A DNA stretch of 62,557 bases, the filler included, from Anaerolineae bacterium (GTDB lineage Bacteria; Chloroflexota; Anaerolineae; Epilineales; Epilineaceae): assembly GCA_029262755.1 (NCBI GenBank). It is 5 parts of 5 records of this genome, joined end to end, with 100 filler letters (N's around TTAATTAATTAA, not from the genome) between each part and the next. Parts side by side here need not be neighbours in the genome. Positions count along the whole stretch, not along the records: positions 39,765 to 59,085 come from JAJCYU010000312.1; positions 59,186 to 62,557 come from JAJCYU010000325.1; 3 more parts are not named here. The stretch is one strand, 5' to 3'. The notes under the pieces were generated by a model, which was given only the letters and a program-made list of their open reading frames with translations, was not told where the DNA came from and made no database searches. A program made the position numbers and the translations under genes. Shown in pieces: positions 55,462 to 62,557 of the stretch. The first letter of the stretch is position 1, and the number at the start of each line of letters is the position of its first letter.

Positions 55462-57155
55462 GCGACCCCACAGGCAGCCCGCGTTCGGGACTTCGCTCGC
55501 AGCCTTCGGTGGGCGCCTTGTCTTCCGACAGCCTCGTTGCGAATGACGCCCGACGCAGCGCCGACGACCGGGGGATCGATATCCTGGTCGGCCACGCGCT
55601 CTTCATGGCCCTCGACCCCAAGCAGGCCGGCAAGGCCATGCCCTATCCCCCGCTCGGCACGCTCTACGCGGCGGGACATCTGCGAACGCTCGGCTACCGC
55701 GTCGCCGTGTACGACGCGATGCTCGAGCCCGACGAGACGACCTTTCGCGAGGCGCTGCGCATCCACCGTCCACGGATGGTCGCGCTCGTCGAGGACAGCT
55801 TCAACTTCTACTCGAAGATGTGCCTTGCGCGCATGCGGGAGGCCGCGCTTGGCATGGTCGCCGACGCCTCAGCACAAGGCATTCCGGTCGTGGTTGCCGG
55901 TTCCGATGCGACGGACGCGCCGGCGGACTTCCTCCGCGCGGGTGCGGGCGCGGTCATGCTCGGCGAAGCGGAGCACACGGTTGCGGAACTCGCCGAGCGC
56001 CTGCTGGGAGACGATTCCGGCAGCCGATCCGCGTCCTCCCTCGGCGATATCGCCGGCCTGGCCCTGGCCGGCGCGGACGGCACCGTCCAACGCACACCGC
56101 AACGCGCGCCCGAGCGCCGTCCCGACGTCTTCGGCTTGCCGGCACGGGATCTGGTCGACGTGGACGCATACCGCGCGCTATGGCGCGACGCGCACGGCGA
56201 GTGGTCGCTCAACATCGTCTCGACCCGCGGCTGCCCCTTTCACTGCAATTGGTGCGCAAAGCCGATCTGGGGCCAACGCTACGCCATGCGTGAACCGGAA
56301 GCGGTGGCCGATGAGATTGCCGCCCTCGCAGCGAGTTGCGCGCCCGACCACCTGTGGTTTGCCGACGACATATTCGGATTGCGCGAACAATGGGTTGCGA
56401 GTTTTGGGGCGGCCATGGTGCGCCACGACGTTCGTGTGCCCTTTACCGTGCAGACCCGTGTCGACCTGATGAGCGAATCGGCCGTGGCAGGACTTGCAAC
56501 GGCCGGCTGCCGGCAGGCATGGCTGGGCGTAGAGAGCGGCTCGCAGACGGTGGTCGATCGGATGGACAAGGGCATCCAAGTGGCGGACATCGGGCCCGTC
56601 ACGCAACGCCTCCGGGCGCAAGGAATCCGCGTTGCCTACTTCCTGCAACTCGGCTATCCGGGCGAAACCTGGACCGACATCGAGGCAACGGCCGATCTCA
56701 TCCGCGCGCACGTACCCGACGAGATCGGCGTCTCCGTCAGCTACCCACTCCCCGGGACGCCCTTCTACGACCGGGTCGCGCGCGAGCTAGGCCCGAAGCG
56801 ACATTGGCACGACAGCGACGAGCTCGCCATGCTCTTTCGCGGCCGCTATGGGAGCCCCTTCTACCGTCGAATCCACACTGCCTTGCACGGGCTCCTGGAC
56901 GCCTATCAGGCAGCGCAGAGCGCAGAGAGCGGCGAGTCAGACATTGGCGACGCACCGGTCCAGCCAAACGGAAGCGCGAAGCGTCGCTCGTCCAACGCGC
57001 AGCGCGCCGGCGCCGCACATGTCACGCTCGCTGCCGCCGAAGCCGTCTGGGAATCCTTGGCCGCCGATGAGCGCGCAAGCCGCAGAGACGCGCCCACGCT
57101 GTTGCCGACGGTCGCCTCCCCGCCCGCTCCCCGCCTCGATGGCCGCGCGAATTAG
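55458..57155 (+). CDS. Cobalamin-binding radical SAM protein
   Basis: YPPLGTLY B12-domain motif, GEAE, TRGCPFHCNWC (CxxxCxxC), ADDIF, GVESGSQ, GYPGET, PLPGTP; ATGA overlap. Confidence 0.93.
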   Translation: MSDPTGSPRSGLRSQPSVGALSSDSLVANDARRSADDRGIDILVGHALFMALDPKQAGKAMPYPPLGTLYAAGHLRTLGYRVAVYDAMLEPDETTFREALRIHRPRMVALVEDSFNFYSKMCLARMREAALGMVADASAQGIPVVVAGSDATDAPADFLRAGAGAVMLGEAEHTVAELAERLLGDDSGSRSASSLGDIAGLALAGADGTVQRTPQRAPERRPDVFGLPARDLVDVDAYRALWRDAHGEWSLNIVSTRGCPFHCNWCAKPIWGQRYAMREPEAVADEIAALAASCAPDHLWFADDIFGLREQWVASFGAAMVRHDVRVPFTVQTRVDLMSESAVAGLATAGCRQAWLGVESGSQTVVDRMDKGIQVADIGPVTQRLRAQGIRVAYFLQLGYPGETWTDIEATADLIRAHVPDEIGVSVSYPLPGTPFYDRVARELGPKRHWHDSDELAMLFRGRYGSPFYRRIHTALHGLLDAYQAAQSAESGESDIGDAPVQPNGSAKRRSSNAQRAGAAHVTLAAAEAVWESLAADERASRRDAPTLLPTVASPPAPRLDGRAN

Positions 57156-57565
57156 TGCGGCGCAACCCTGCGGAGGAGGGCAAGCGAACGTGCTACTACA
57201 GCGGCTATTCGAGCCTGAGTTGAAGCACCGTTTCGGGCCAACAACTGGCGGGCCGCGGCAGCAGATGCACCGGTGCTCGAACCCGTCCGTGTCATGTTGG
57301 CACTCTCGTTGGCCGGGTACCGACGTGCATCGCTGATCGGATTCCTCACCGGCTCGTCGAGGTATCGACCGCAGAGCCGTCTGGGCGTCGTAGCACCGTC
57401 GCGCCCGTTGGAATCCATAGTGTTGCCCGACGTGTTGGGACCTGTGCCGTACTGCTCGCCAGTCGGGTGACGTAGGGTGATCATTGAACTGCGTGGGCGA
57501 GTTTGGCAGGGCCAAACGAGGCGTCCACAGGCGTTCGGGAGGCTGAGCATTCGGGCCATCATCAC
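57152..57565 (-). CDS. Possible small hypothetical protein
   Basis: Fills the gap convergent to the radical SAM gene; no motifs and weak support. Confidence 0.25.
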   Translation of the reverse strand: MMMARMLSLPNACGRLVWPCQTRPRSSMITLRHPTGEQYGTGPNTSGNTMDSNGRDGATTPRRLCGRYLDEPVRNPISDARRYPANESANMTRTGSSTGASAAAARQLLARNGASTQARIAAVVARSLALLRRVAPH

Positions 57566-57777
57566 GCGAATCGAAGCCTAGGCGCCCCGGCCCCCGTTAT
57601 GTCGCGTAGGGCGAGCGTGGGGTGGGCACCGGGTGATCGACCGGAATATTCGGGCGCCCTATGACGTCATAGCCTGCGAACGACCCCGGGCTGGTGCCCG
57701 GCCCCCCCTGCGTGACCGGCGACGCATCGGTCGCGCTTCGCTTCGTTCGAACGACAACGATGGATAGGGAGATTGGG

Positions 57778-59085
57778 ATGAACCTGCATCGCACGCCCCC
57801 CCGGCGACGCATCTATTCGGCCGTTGCATTTGCAAGCGCAATGGGCCTGTTGACCCTCACCTTGAACGATCCCGCGGCTCCTGCGAACGCGCAATCGCCG
57901 TCCGCCGAGTCGGCATCCGGCGTCGTGGATCACACCCTACGGACCGCCGACGCGGGCGCCGATTCGCAAAACGCGGATGCGGCCGCCGCTTCGCGCATCG
58001 GATCTGCGGCTGCGTTCGGAGCCGCGGAGCGCGGTGGGAACGCCCGCTTTGCGCAGCGCTCCTTGGGCCTGTTTGGCCTGGACTACTCCGGTTGCGGCGG
58101 TGTGACCGCTCCTGCGGTCGATGCCGACTACGAGCAGGAAGTGGTGGAGTTGACCAACCAAGAGCGCGAAGACAATGGCGGACTAGCCCCGCTGAAGCGC
58201 TGGGACACCCTGGTGGACGCAGGCCGATATCACGCCGCCGACATGCAAGACGACGACTACTTCAGCCACAGCACCTACGACGTGGTTGGCGGATCGTTGA
58301 GCCTGGTGTGCGGCTGGGTGGCGCGCGTGAGCGGCTACTACGGCGGCTACCTGGCGTTGGCCGAGAACATCGCCGCCGGCTACACGACACCACAGGGCGT
58401 CGTCGACGCCTGGATGGCGAGCGCCGGCCACCGCGCCAACATCTTGAGCACAAGCGTATGGGAGATCGGGGCCGGCTATAGCTGCTGCGGCGGCACCTAC
58501 ACCCACTACTGGGTGCAAGACTTCGGTCGCAAGTCGGGCCGGTTTCCGCTCGTGATCGACCGCGAAGCCGCCACGACAAGCTCCACGGTCGTCGATCTCT
58601 ATCTGTACGGCAACCACACCGAGATGCGGATTCGCAACGAAGGCGATCCCTGGCCGGCGTGGGAGGCGTTCACGAACGAGATCACATGGACCCTGCCCAG
58701 CGGCGCCGGCGAGTACACGGTCGAGGCGCAGATGCGCTCCGGTTCGCCGACCTACAACGCCGAGGACACGATCGAGTTGCTCTCCAGCGGCACCGCGACA
58801 CCGACCGCCACATCGGCCGCTACCTCGACAACGACCCCAACCCCACCCCCGTCGCCCACCGCTACGGCGACTACGATCCCGACGAAGACGCCGGTCGTTC
58901 CGACCTCGACGCCGTTGCCGACCAACACACCCGTGCCACCGACGGCGACGCCGCTACCGACCAACACACCCGTGCCGCCGACCGCGACGCCGCTGCCGAC
59001 CAACACACCCGTCCCACCGACCGCGACGCCGCTGCCGACCAACACACCCGTGCCGCCGACCGCGACGCCGCTGCCGACGAACACA
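57778..59085 (+). CDS. Secreted CAP/SCP-domain protein with PT repeats, truncated at contig edge
   Basis: LTNQER, HAADM..DYFSH, AENIAAG, WMASAGHRANIL, YWVQDFG. Confidence 0.9.
58879..59085 (+). repeat. 39-bp coding tandem repeat (PTNTPVPPTATPL), more than 5 copies, running into the gap
   Basis: CCGACCAACACACCCGTGCCGCCGACCGCGACGCCGCTG units without spacers. Confidence 0.92.
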
Positions 59086-59185
59086 NNNNNNNNNNNNNNN
59101 NNNNNNNNNNNNNNNNNNNNNNNNNNNNNTTAATTAATTAANNNNNNNNNNNNNNNNNNNNNNNNNNNNNNNNNNNNNNNNNNNN
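59086..59185. other. Artificial contig spacer
   Basis: N-TTAATTAATTAA-N. Confidence 0.98.
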
Positions 59186-59332
59186 GCCGTCGCGCTGGCT
59201 TGGTTCGGATGGGAGGCCGGCATCCTCGACCTTGCACGGCCGGTGCCGCTCCGCCTGGCGATGAGCCTGGTTTTACTCGCCGTCGTGGGAATGACGGTGT
59301 TGCGGATCGCGCGGCTGCTTCGCGACGAGTAA
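59186..59332 (+). CDS. 3' end of a membrane protein gene (partial)
   Basis: Open frame AVALAWFGWEAGILDLARPVPLRLAMSLVLLAVVGMTVLRIARLLRDE-stop from the contig edge. Confidence 0.5.
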   Translation, partial: AVALAWFGWEAGILDLARPVPLRLAMSLVLLAVVGMTVLRIARLLRDE

Positions 59333-59522
59333 TCGCGCACAGATCGCAGACGTCACCGCTAGCTCAGAAACACGGCACCACGGTGAGTGGCTGCGGCGCC
59401 GCACAAGAGCAATGCTGGCACGCATTTTAGGGATATACGCTTTGCATGACTGGCAGTTCTCTTGGGTGGGAACGAATGGCACTTTGTTCCGATGAAGCTA
59501 CCCGCCGAGTAAGGAGCTGACG

Positions 59523-60125
59523 ATGCCGAGATGGCCACGTACCGCGCATGGAAAATGGCTTGCTCTCGCGGTTGTAGTTGCGGCGTGTGGTATGGATTCG
59601 CCGACGCTCCCGAACGGTGAGAATGAGGGGCAGGCGAGCGATCGGGTGATGGTACCGGCTACTGGTGGGTCAGATTATCCAGACGCGACAATCACGGCTG
59701 ATTTTGGCACCATGGCGACCGAAACTCCGGCGTGGCCAGCGGATCCCATTCCAACCTTCGGTAGCCAATCGCCTTCACTATCGAGTGCAAACGTGGGCGA
59801 GTTTGTGGGGTTGACCGATTCGCAGATCGCGGAGAGGATCCGTCTCGAGTTTCGGTTGATGTCGGCGACTCCGATCACAACGGTCAACATGATCGAAGTG
59901 AGTAGTTCCAACGCGCTGACGGTGGGGCTGAGCGTTGCTGGAGTCCAACTTGGGGATCCGACGGACCTGGGAGTCCTGTACTCCGGGACGTTTCGTATCC
60001 CTCTCTCGACTGGAAGTAGCGTAACGGTACCCTACGCGGCGGCGGTGATCGATCGAAGGTTGGCAGTTTACGAAGATGTCTTTTTTAGGTCGTTCGAAGA
60101 TATGGTCGTGAGATGGCGGCAGTGA
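59523..60125 (+). CDS. Hypothetical lipoprotein (possibly the 5' part of a frameshifted longer gene)
   Basis: AAGGAG RBS, LALAVVVAAC lipobox. Confidence 0.65.
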   Translation: MPRWPRTAHGKWLALAVVVAACGMDSPTLPNGENEGQASDRVMVPATGGSDYPDATITADFGTMATETPAWPADPIPTFGSQSPSLSSANVGEFVGLTDSQIAERIRLEFRLMSATPITTVNMIEVSSSNALTVGLSVAGVQLGDPTDLGVLYSGTFRIPLSTGSSVTVPYAAAVIDRRLAVYEDVFFRSFEDMVVRWRQ

Positions 60126-60420
60126 ACCCAGCTTTCGGCCCCTCGCCAACGCCGTCCCCGTCGCCGCCCCCAACGCCGAATCCCCCTGACTCGCCGACCG
60201 CCTCTGCAACGCGCAATACCGCGACGGCCTCCGCGCCTACGCCGATGGTCACAGCGACGGGCGAACCCGGGTCTGCAACGCCGGGCCCGATGACGCCGCC
60301 GCCAGGCACGGCGCGACCGGACCTCACCGGCACCCGTTCTCGGCCACGCCGCCGATCGACCAGACCGCGACGCCAACACCTGGCTTCGTCGTGTGGCTAC
60401 CGCTCACCGTGCGACGCTAG
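60113..60420 (+). pseudogene. Frameshifted PT linker + C-terminal VWLPLTVRR tail
   Basis: P/T-rich frame from 60113. After about 60333 another frame reads PFSATPPIDQTATPTPGFVVWLPLTVRR-TAG (stop at 60418-60420). Confidence 0.6.
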
Positions 60421-60462
60421 CAAGCGGCTACGGCGAGGGGCGATCCTCAGGACGGGCTTCCA

Positions 60463-60903
60463 TCAACCTCGAACGATCGGATCAACCGCCTCAAGAAATC
60501 CGAAGTCCTGGAACCCGCGATCCCGGGTGTAGATCGTCCGGATCCCATGTTCACGCATGAGGGCCGCGATATGGGCGTCGTGCATGCGGCTTCCGCGCAG
60601 CGCAGGCATCTCTTCGATCGTCTGTGAAGCGACCGCAGCATGCCCGTCCATCTCGACGAGCACGCGCAATGACGGCGATTCAAGAAGGGCGTTGATGAAG
60701 CCCATTGCCTGATCGGTCGACCATGGACGGCGCATCACTTTCGCATGCGTCGTAACGCGAAGAAATTCGTAGATGATCGACCATGTAACGAACCATGGGA
60801 TGCGTTGGCCACGCCACTCCGCCAGAAGTAGCCGATAGTCCGAATGACGTGGATGACTCGAGTCGACGGCGTAGACGAGCACGTTGGTATCCACGACGAA
60901 CAT
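60463..60903 (-). CDS. vapC: PIN-domain toxin (VapC family)
   Basis: MFVVDTNVLVYA, EFLRVTT, HDAHIAALMREHG, TRDRGF. Confidence 0.93.
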   Translation of the reverse strand: MFVVDTNVLVYAVDSSHPRHSDYRLLLAEWRGQRIPWFVTWSIIYEFLRVTTHAKVMRRPWSTDQAMGFINALLESPSLRVLVEMDGHAAVASQTIEEMPALRGSRMHDAHIAALMREHGIRTIYTRDRGFQDFGFLEAVDPIVRG

Positions 60904-61175
60904 CAGCCTGCCGACTCCGCGCCGGAATCGCGCAACGCTGCATTGCGCTCCTCATCGAGGACGTCATACAGTGCTTCGCGATCATCGATGTTCACCAATG
61001 TGCCGCCGAAGTCCCAGGTAGGCAGCGGAGAGAGCTCCACTGCATCGGTCTCGGCTGGATCGAGGAACGCGCGGAGAGCCGCCTCGACCAACGATGAAAT
61101 CGTCGTTGAGCGACGCGCCGCTAGCTCCTTGAGACGGCGCATGACTCCGTCGTCAATCATCAGAGTAGTCTTCAT
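60903..61175 (-). CDS. vapB: RHH antitoxin (VapB family)
   Basis: MKTTLMIDDGVMRRLKELAAR..TTISSLVEAALR; TGATG coupling to vapC. Confidence 0.88.
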   Translation of the reverse strand: MKTTLMIDDGVMRRLKELAARRSTTISSLVEAALRAFLDPAETDAVELSPLPTWDFGGTLVNIDDREALYDVLDEERNAALRDSGAESAG

Positions 61176-61217
61176 ATGGAAAACCATACGGGTTGGCATG
61201 CCCCATGTCAATGGGGC
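61175..61217 (-). promoter_or_regulatory. vapBC promoter TTGACA - 17 bp - TATGGT, leaderless, with inverted repeats
   Basis: -35 at 61211-61206, -10 at 61188-61183, ATG 7 nt further on. Dyads TATGG-TTTT-CCATA and GCCCCA-N6-TGGGGC. Confidence 0.75.
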
Positions 61218-61336
61218 CCGCGTCACGTTCGCGCCACTGTGATGACACGTTGACGCTCTGCCCGAAGCCGGCGAGGAATCGGAGAATCGGTCAGCCGACG
61301 CAGTGCTCGGCGAAGAAGCCTAGCGCGCGAAGGCCC

Positions 61337-61382
61337 TTGACAGCCTGTCGCATATCCTTATCCTAAACTTAGGCAACCCTAA
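61337..61382 (+). promoter_or_regulatory. Promoter TTGACA - 16 bp - TATCCT followed by a DtxR/MntR-like palindrome TTAGGCAACCCTAA
   Basis: AT-rich patch in GC-rich DNA; TTAGG-N4-CCTAA at 61369-61382 lies over the likely transcription start. Confidence 0.6.
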
Positions 61383-61432
61383 AAATTCAATCCGGCGCCG
61401 ACCTGCGCCCATCTACCCAATCGAGCAAACCC

Positions 61433-62050
61433 ATGACCTCCGAACTCACCCTCCGCATCGTCACCGGGCTGTTCCTCGTCCTGCTCGCCGTCGTGAGCGG
61501 CTCCGTCCGTCGCAAGGCCGACCGGGAAGGCGGTGCGATGCGTGATGCGCAGGGCACGCGACTGCTGGTGTTCCTGCGGCTGGGAGGCCTAGTGATGATG
61601 GCCCCGCTGCTCGCATGGATCGTGGCGCCCGACACCGTGCGGTGGGCCCAGTGGGCGGCGCCGGATGCCGCACGTTGGGCAGGTGTCGGCCTTCAAGCCG
61701 TGATGGCGGCGCTGCTCATCTGGATGCTGCGCAGCCTCGGCACCAACATCTCGCCGACGCAAGGCACGCGTGAAGGCCACCAGCTGGTCACGGACGGTCC
61801 GTACCGCTGGATCCGCCATCCGCTCTATACCTTCGCCACCTTGTTCTATGTTGGTGTCTCCTTCACGAGCGCTCTGTGGTGGCTGCTACCGTGGCTCGTT
61901 GCTCTGTGGGCCGCGCTCTTGTGGCGCACGCCGCGCGAGGAAGCGAACCTCGTCGCGCTCTTCGGCGACGACTACCGGCGATATCAAGCGCGGACGGGTC
62001 GCTTCATCCCCCGCCTTTTCGGCTCCCGGGGCGATGGGTTCGGCAATTGA
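61433..62050 (+). CDS. Isoprenylcysteine carboxyl methyltransferase (ICMT/PEMT)-family membrane protein
   Basis: SLGTN, HQLVTDGPYRWIRHPLY, REEANL..FGDDY..Y..RTGRFIP. Confidence 0.92.
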   Translation: MTSELTLRIVTGLFLVLLAVVSGSVRRKADREGGAMRDAQGTRLLVFLRLGGLVMMAPLLAWIVAPDTVRWAQWAAPDAARWAGVGLQAVMAALLIWMLRSLGTNISPTQGTREGHQLVTDGPYRWIRHPLYTFATLFYVGVSFTSALWWLLPWLVALWAALLWRTPREEANLVALFGDDYRRYQARTGRFIPRLFGSRGDGFGN

Positions 62051-62283
62051 CCACCCCTGGGTGCGGACCTAGCATCGGATGAACGGCCGACCCGTCCACA
62101 TTCTGGGCAGGCGCCCGGCTGACCACTAGCTAGAACGAACTCTCGGCTATCTAGGCCGGCTCGGCGATTCCTCGATCGCGCGGCCTTCAACATGGCCTGA
62201 CGTTGCGCCCCGACCGGCTATGTGTCGACCTCGGGGTCTGCCCGTAGAGGATCTCTCCCACCTCGTGCCTCCAGGAGGCTTCG

Positions 62284-62557
62284 ATGCTCCCTCGCCACCC
62301 GCTCCGTTCCCGTCGGCGTCGAGTGATTGATGCGCTGCCCGGAGTTTCCGCCTGGGGCCGAAACACGCCCACGAAGTACTTCCGCGCTCGATTCGTGTCG
62401 ATCGCGACCAGCGTGACCGTCGCCGCCATCGCGCTCGCCCTTGTTGCGACGGCCGGCGATGTCGCCGCGAGCGTCGACCGTTTCGCCGCGACCGCCGGCA
62501 GTGTCGCAACGAGCGTCGACCGTATTGCAGCGACCACCGGCAGTGTCGCCACGCACG
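62284..62557 (+). CDS. Possible partial gene: TM helix followed by heptad repeats, running off the window end
   Basis: GGAGG 5 nt before ATG 62284; frame open to the end, reading ...VAAIALALVATAGD VAASVDR FAATAGS VATSVDR IAATTGS VATH. Confidence 0.35.
   Translation, partial: MLPRHPLRSRRRRVIDALPGVSAWGRNTPTKYFRARFVSIATSVTVAAIALALVATAGDVAASVDRFAATAGSVATSVDRIAATTGSVATH
62453..62557. repeat. 42-bp (2x21) degenerate tandem repeat, about 2.5 copies visible
   Basis: CCGGCGATGTCGCCGCGAGCGTCGACCGTTTCGCCGCGACCG / CCGGCAGTGTCGCAACGAGCGTCGACCGTATTGCAGCGACCA / CCGGCAGTGTCGCC... Confidence 0.75.

Noticed and set aside
58879..59085. 39-bp repeat as a CRISPR array
   Set aside because: Head-to-tail units with no spacers, in frame, encoding a PT linker; no cas genes.
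10334..59185. Four identical TTAATTAATTAA motifs within N runs
   Set aside because: Artificial six-frame-stop linkers. They are not biological, and neighbourhoods across them (for example lspA next to korA) mean nothing.

Overview
This window is five unrelated contigs joined by artificial 100-nt spacers (N44-TTAATTAATTAA-N44 at 10334-10433, 34778-34877, 39665-39764 and 59086-59185), so gene order is only meaningful within A (1-10333), B (10434-34777), C (34878-39664), D (39765-59085) and E (59186-62557). Contigs A, B, D and E look like a very GC-rich bacterium, probably Chloroflexota (inference from many secreted proteins with P/T linkers and a C-terminal aromatic-LP-xxx-R tail, type 2 IPP isomerase, and SARP/STAND-TPR regulators). 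Their recognisable genes are acpP, fni, a polyprenyl synthase, cbs, murJ, mprF, trmB, an enoyl-CoA hydratase, korAB, dsbB, a GSDH, a di-haem cytochrome c, a DapA-family protein, a B12 radical SAM enzyme and vapBC. Contig C is compositionally different: a complete IS66 inserted into a GDCCVxC-family gene, next to a MerR/CDF-transporter/lspA metal cassette, possibly from another organism. The best leads are: (1) a cbs - SbnI/SerK-like free serine kinase - SufT operon, suggesting an O-phosphoserine route to cysteine or cystathionine; (2) a shared C-terminal tail on six unrelated secreted proteins, suggesting an uncharacterised non-sortase surface-targeting system; (3) two paralogous secreted proteins carrying a Cys-bracketed, NP-rich domain directly behind dsbB; (4) a 2.75-kb island bounded by 68-bp direct repeats; (5) mprF coupled to a rhomboid-like gene. 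I saw no CRISPR array, rRNA or tRNA. All family calls come from motifs recognised by eye; no database search was run.
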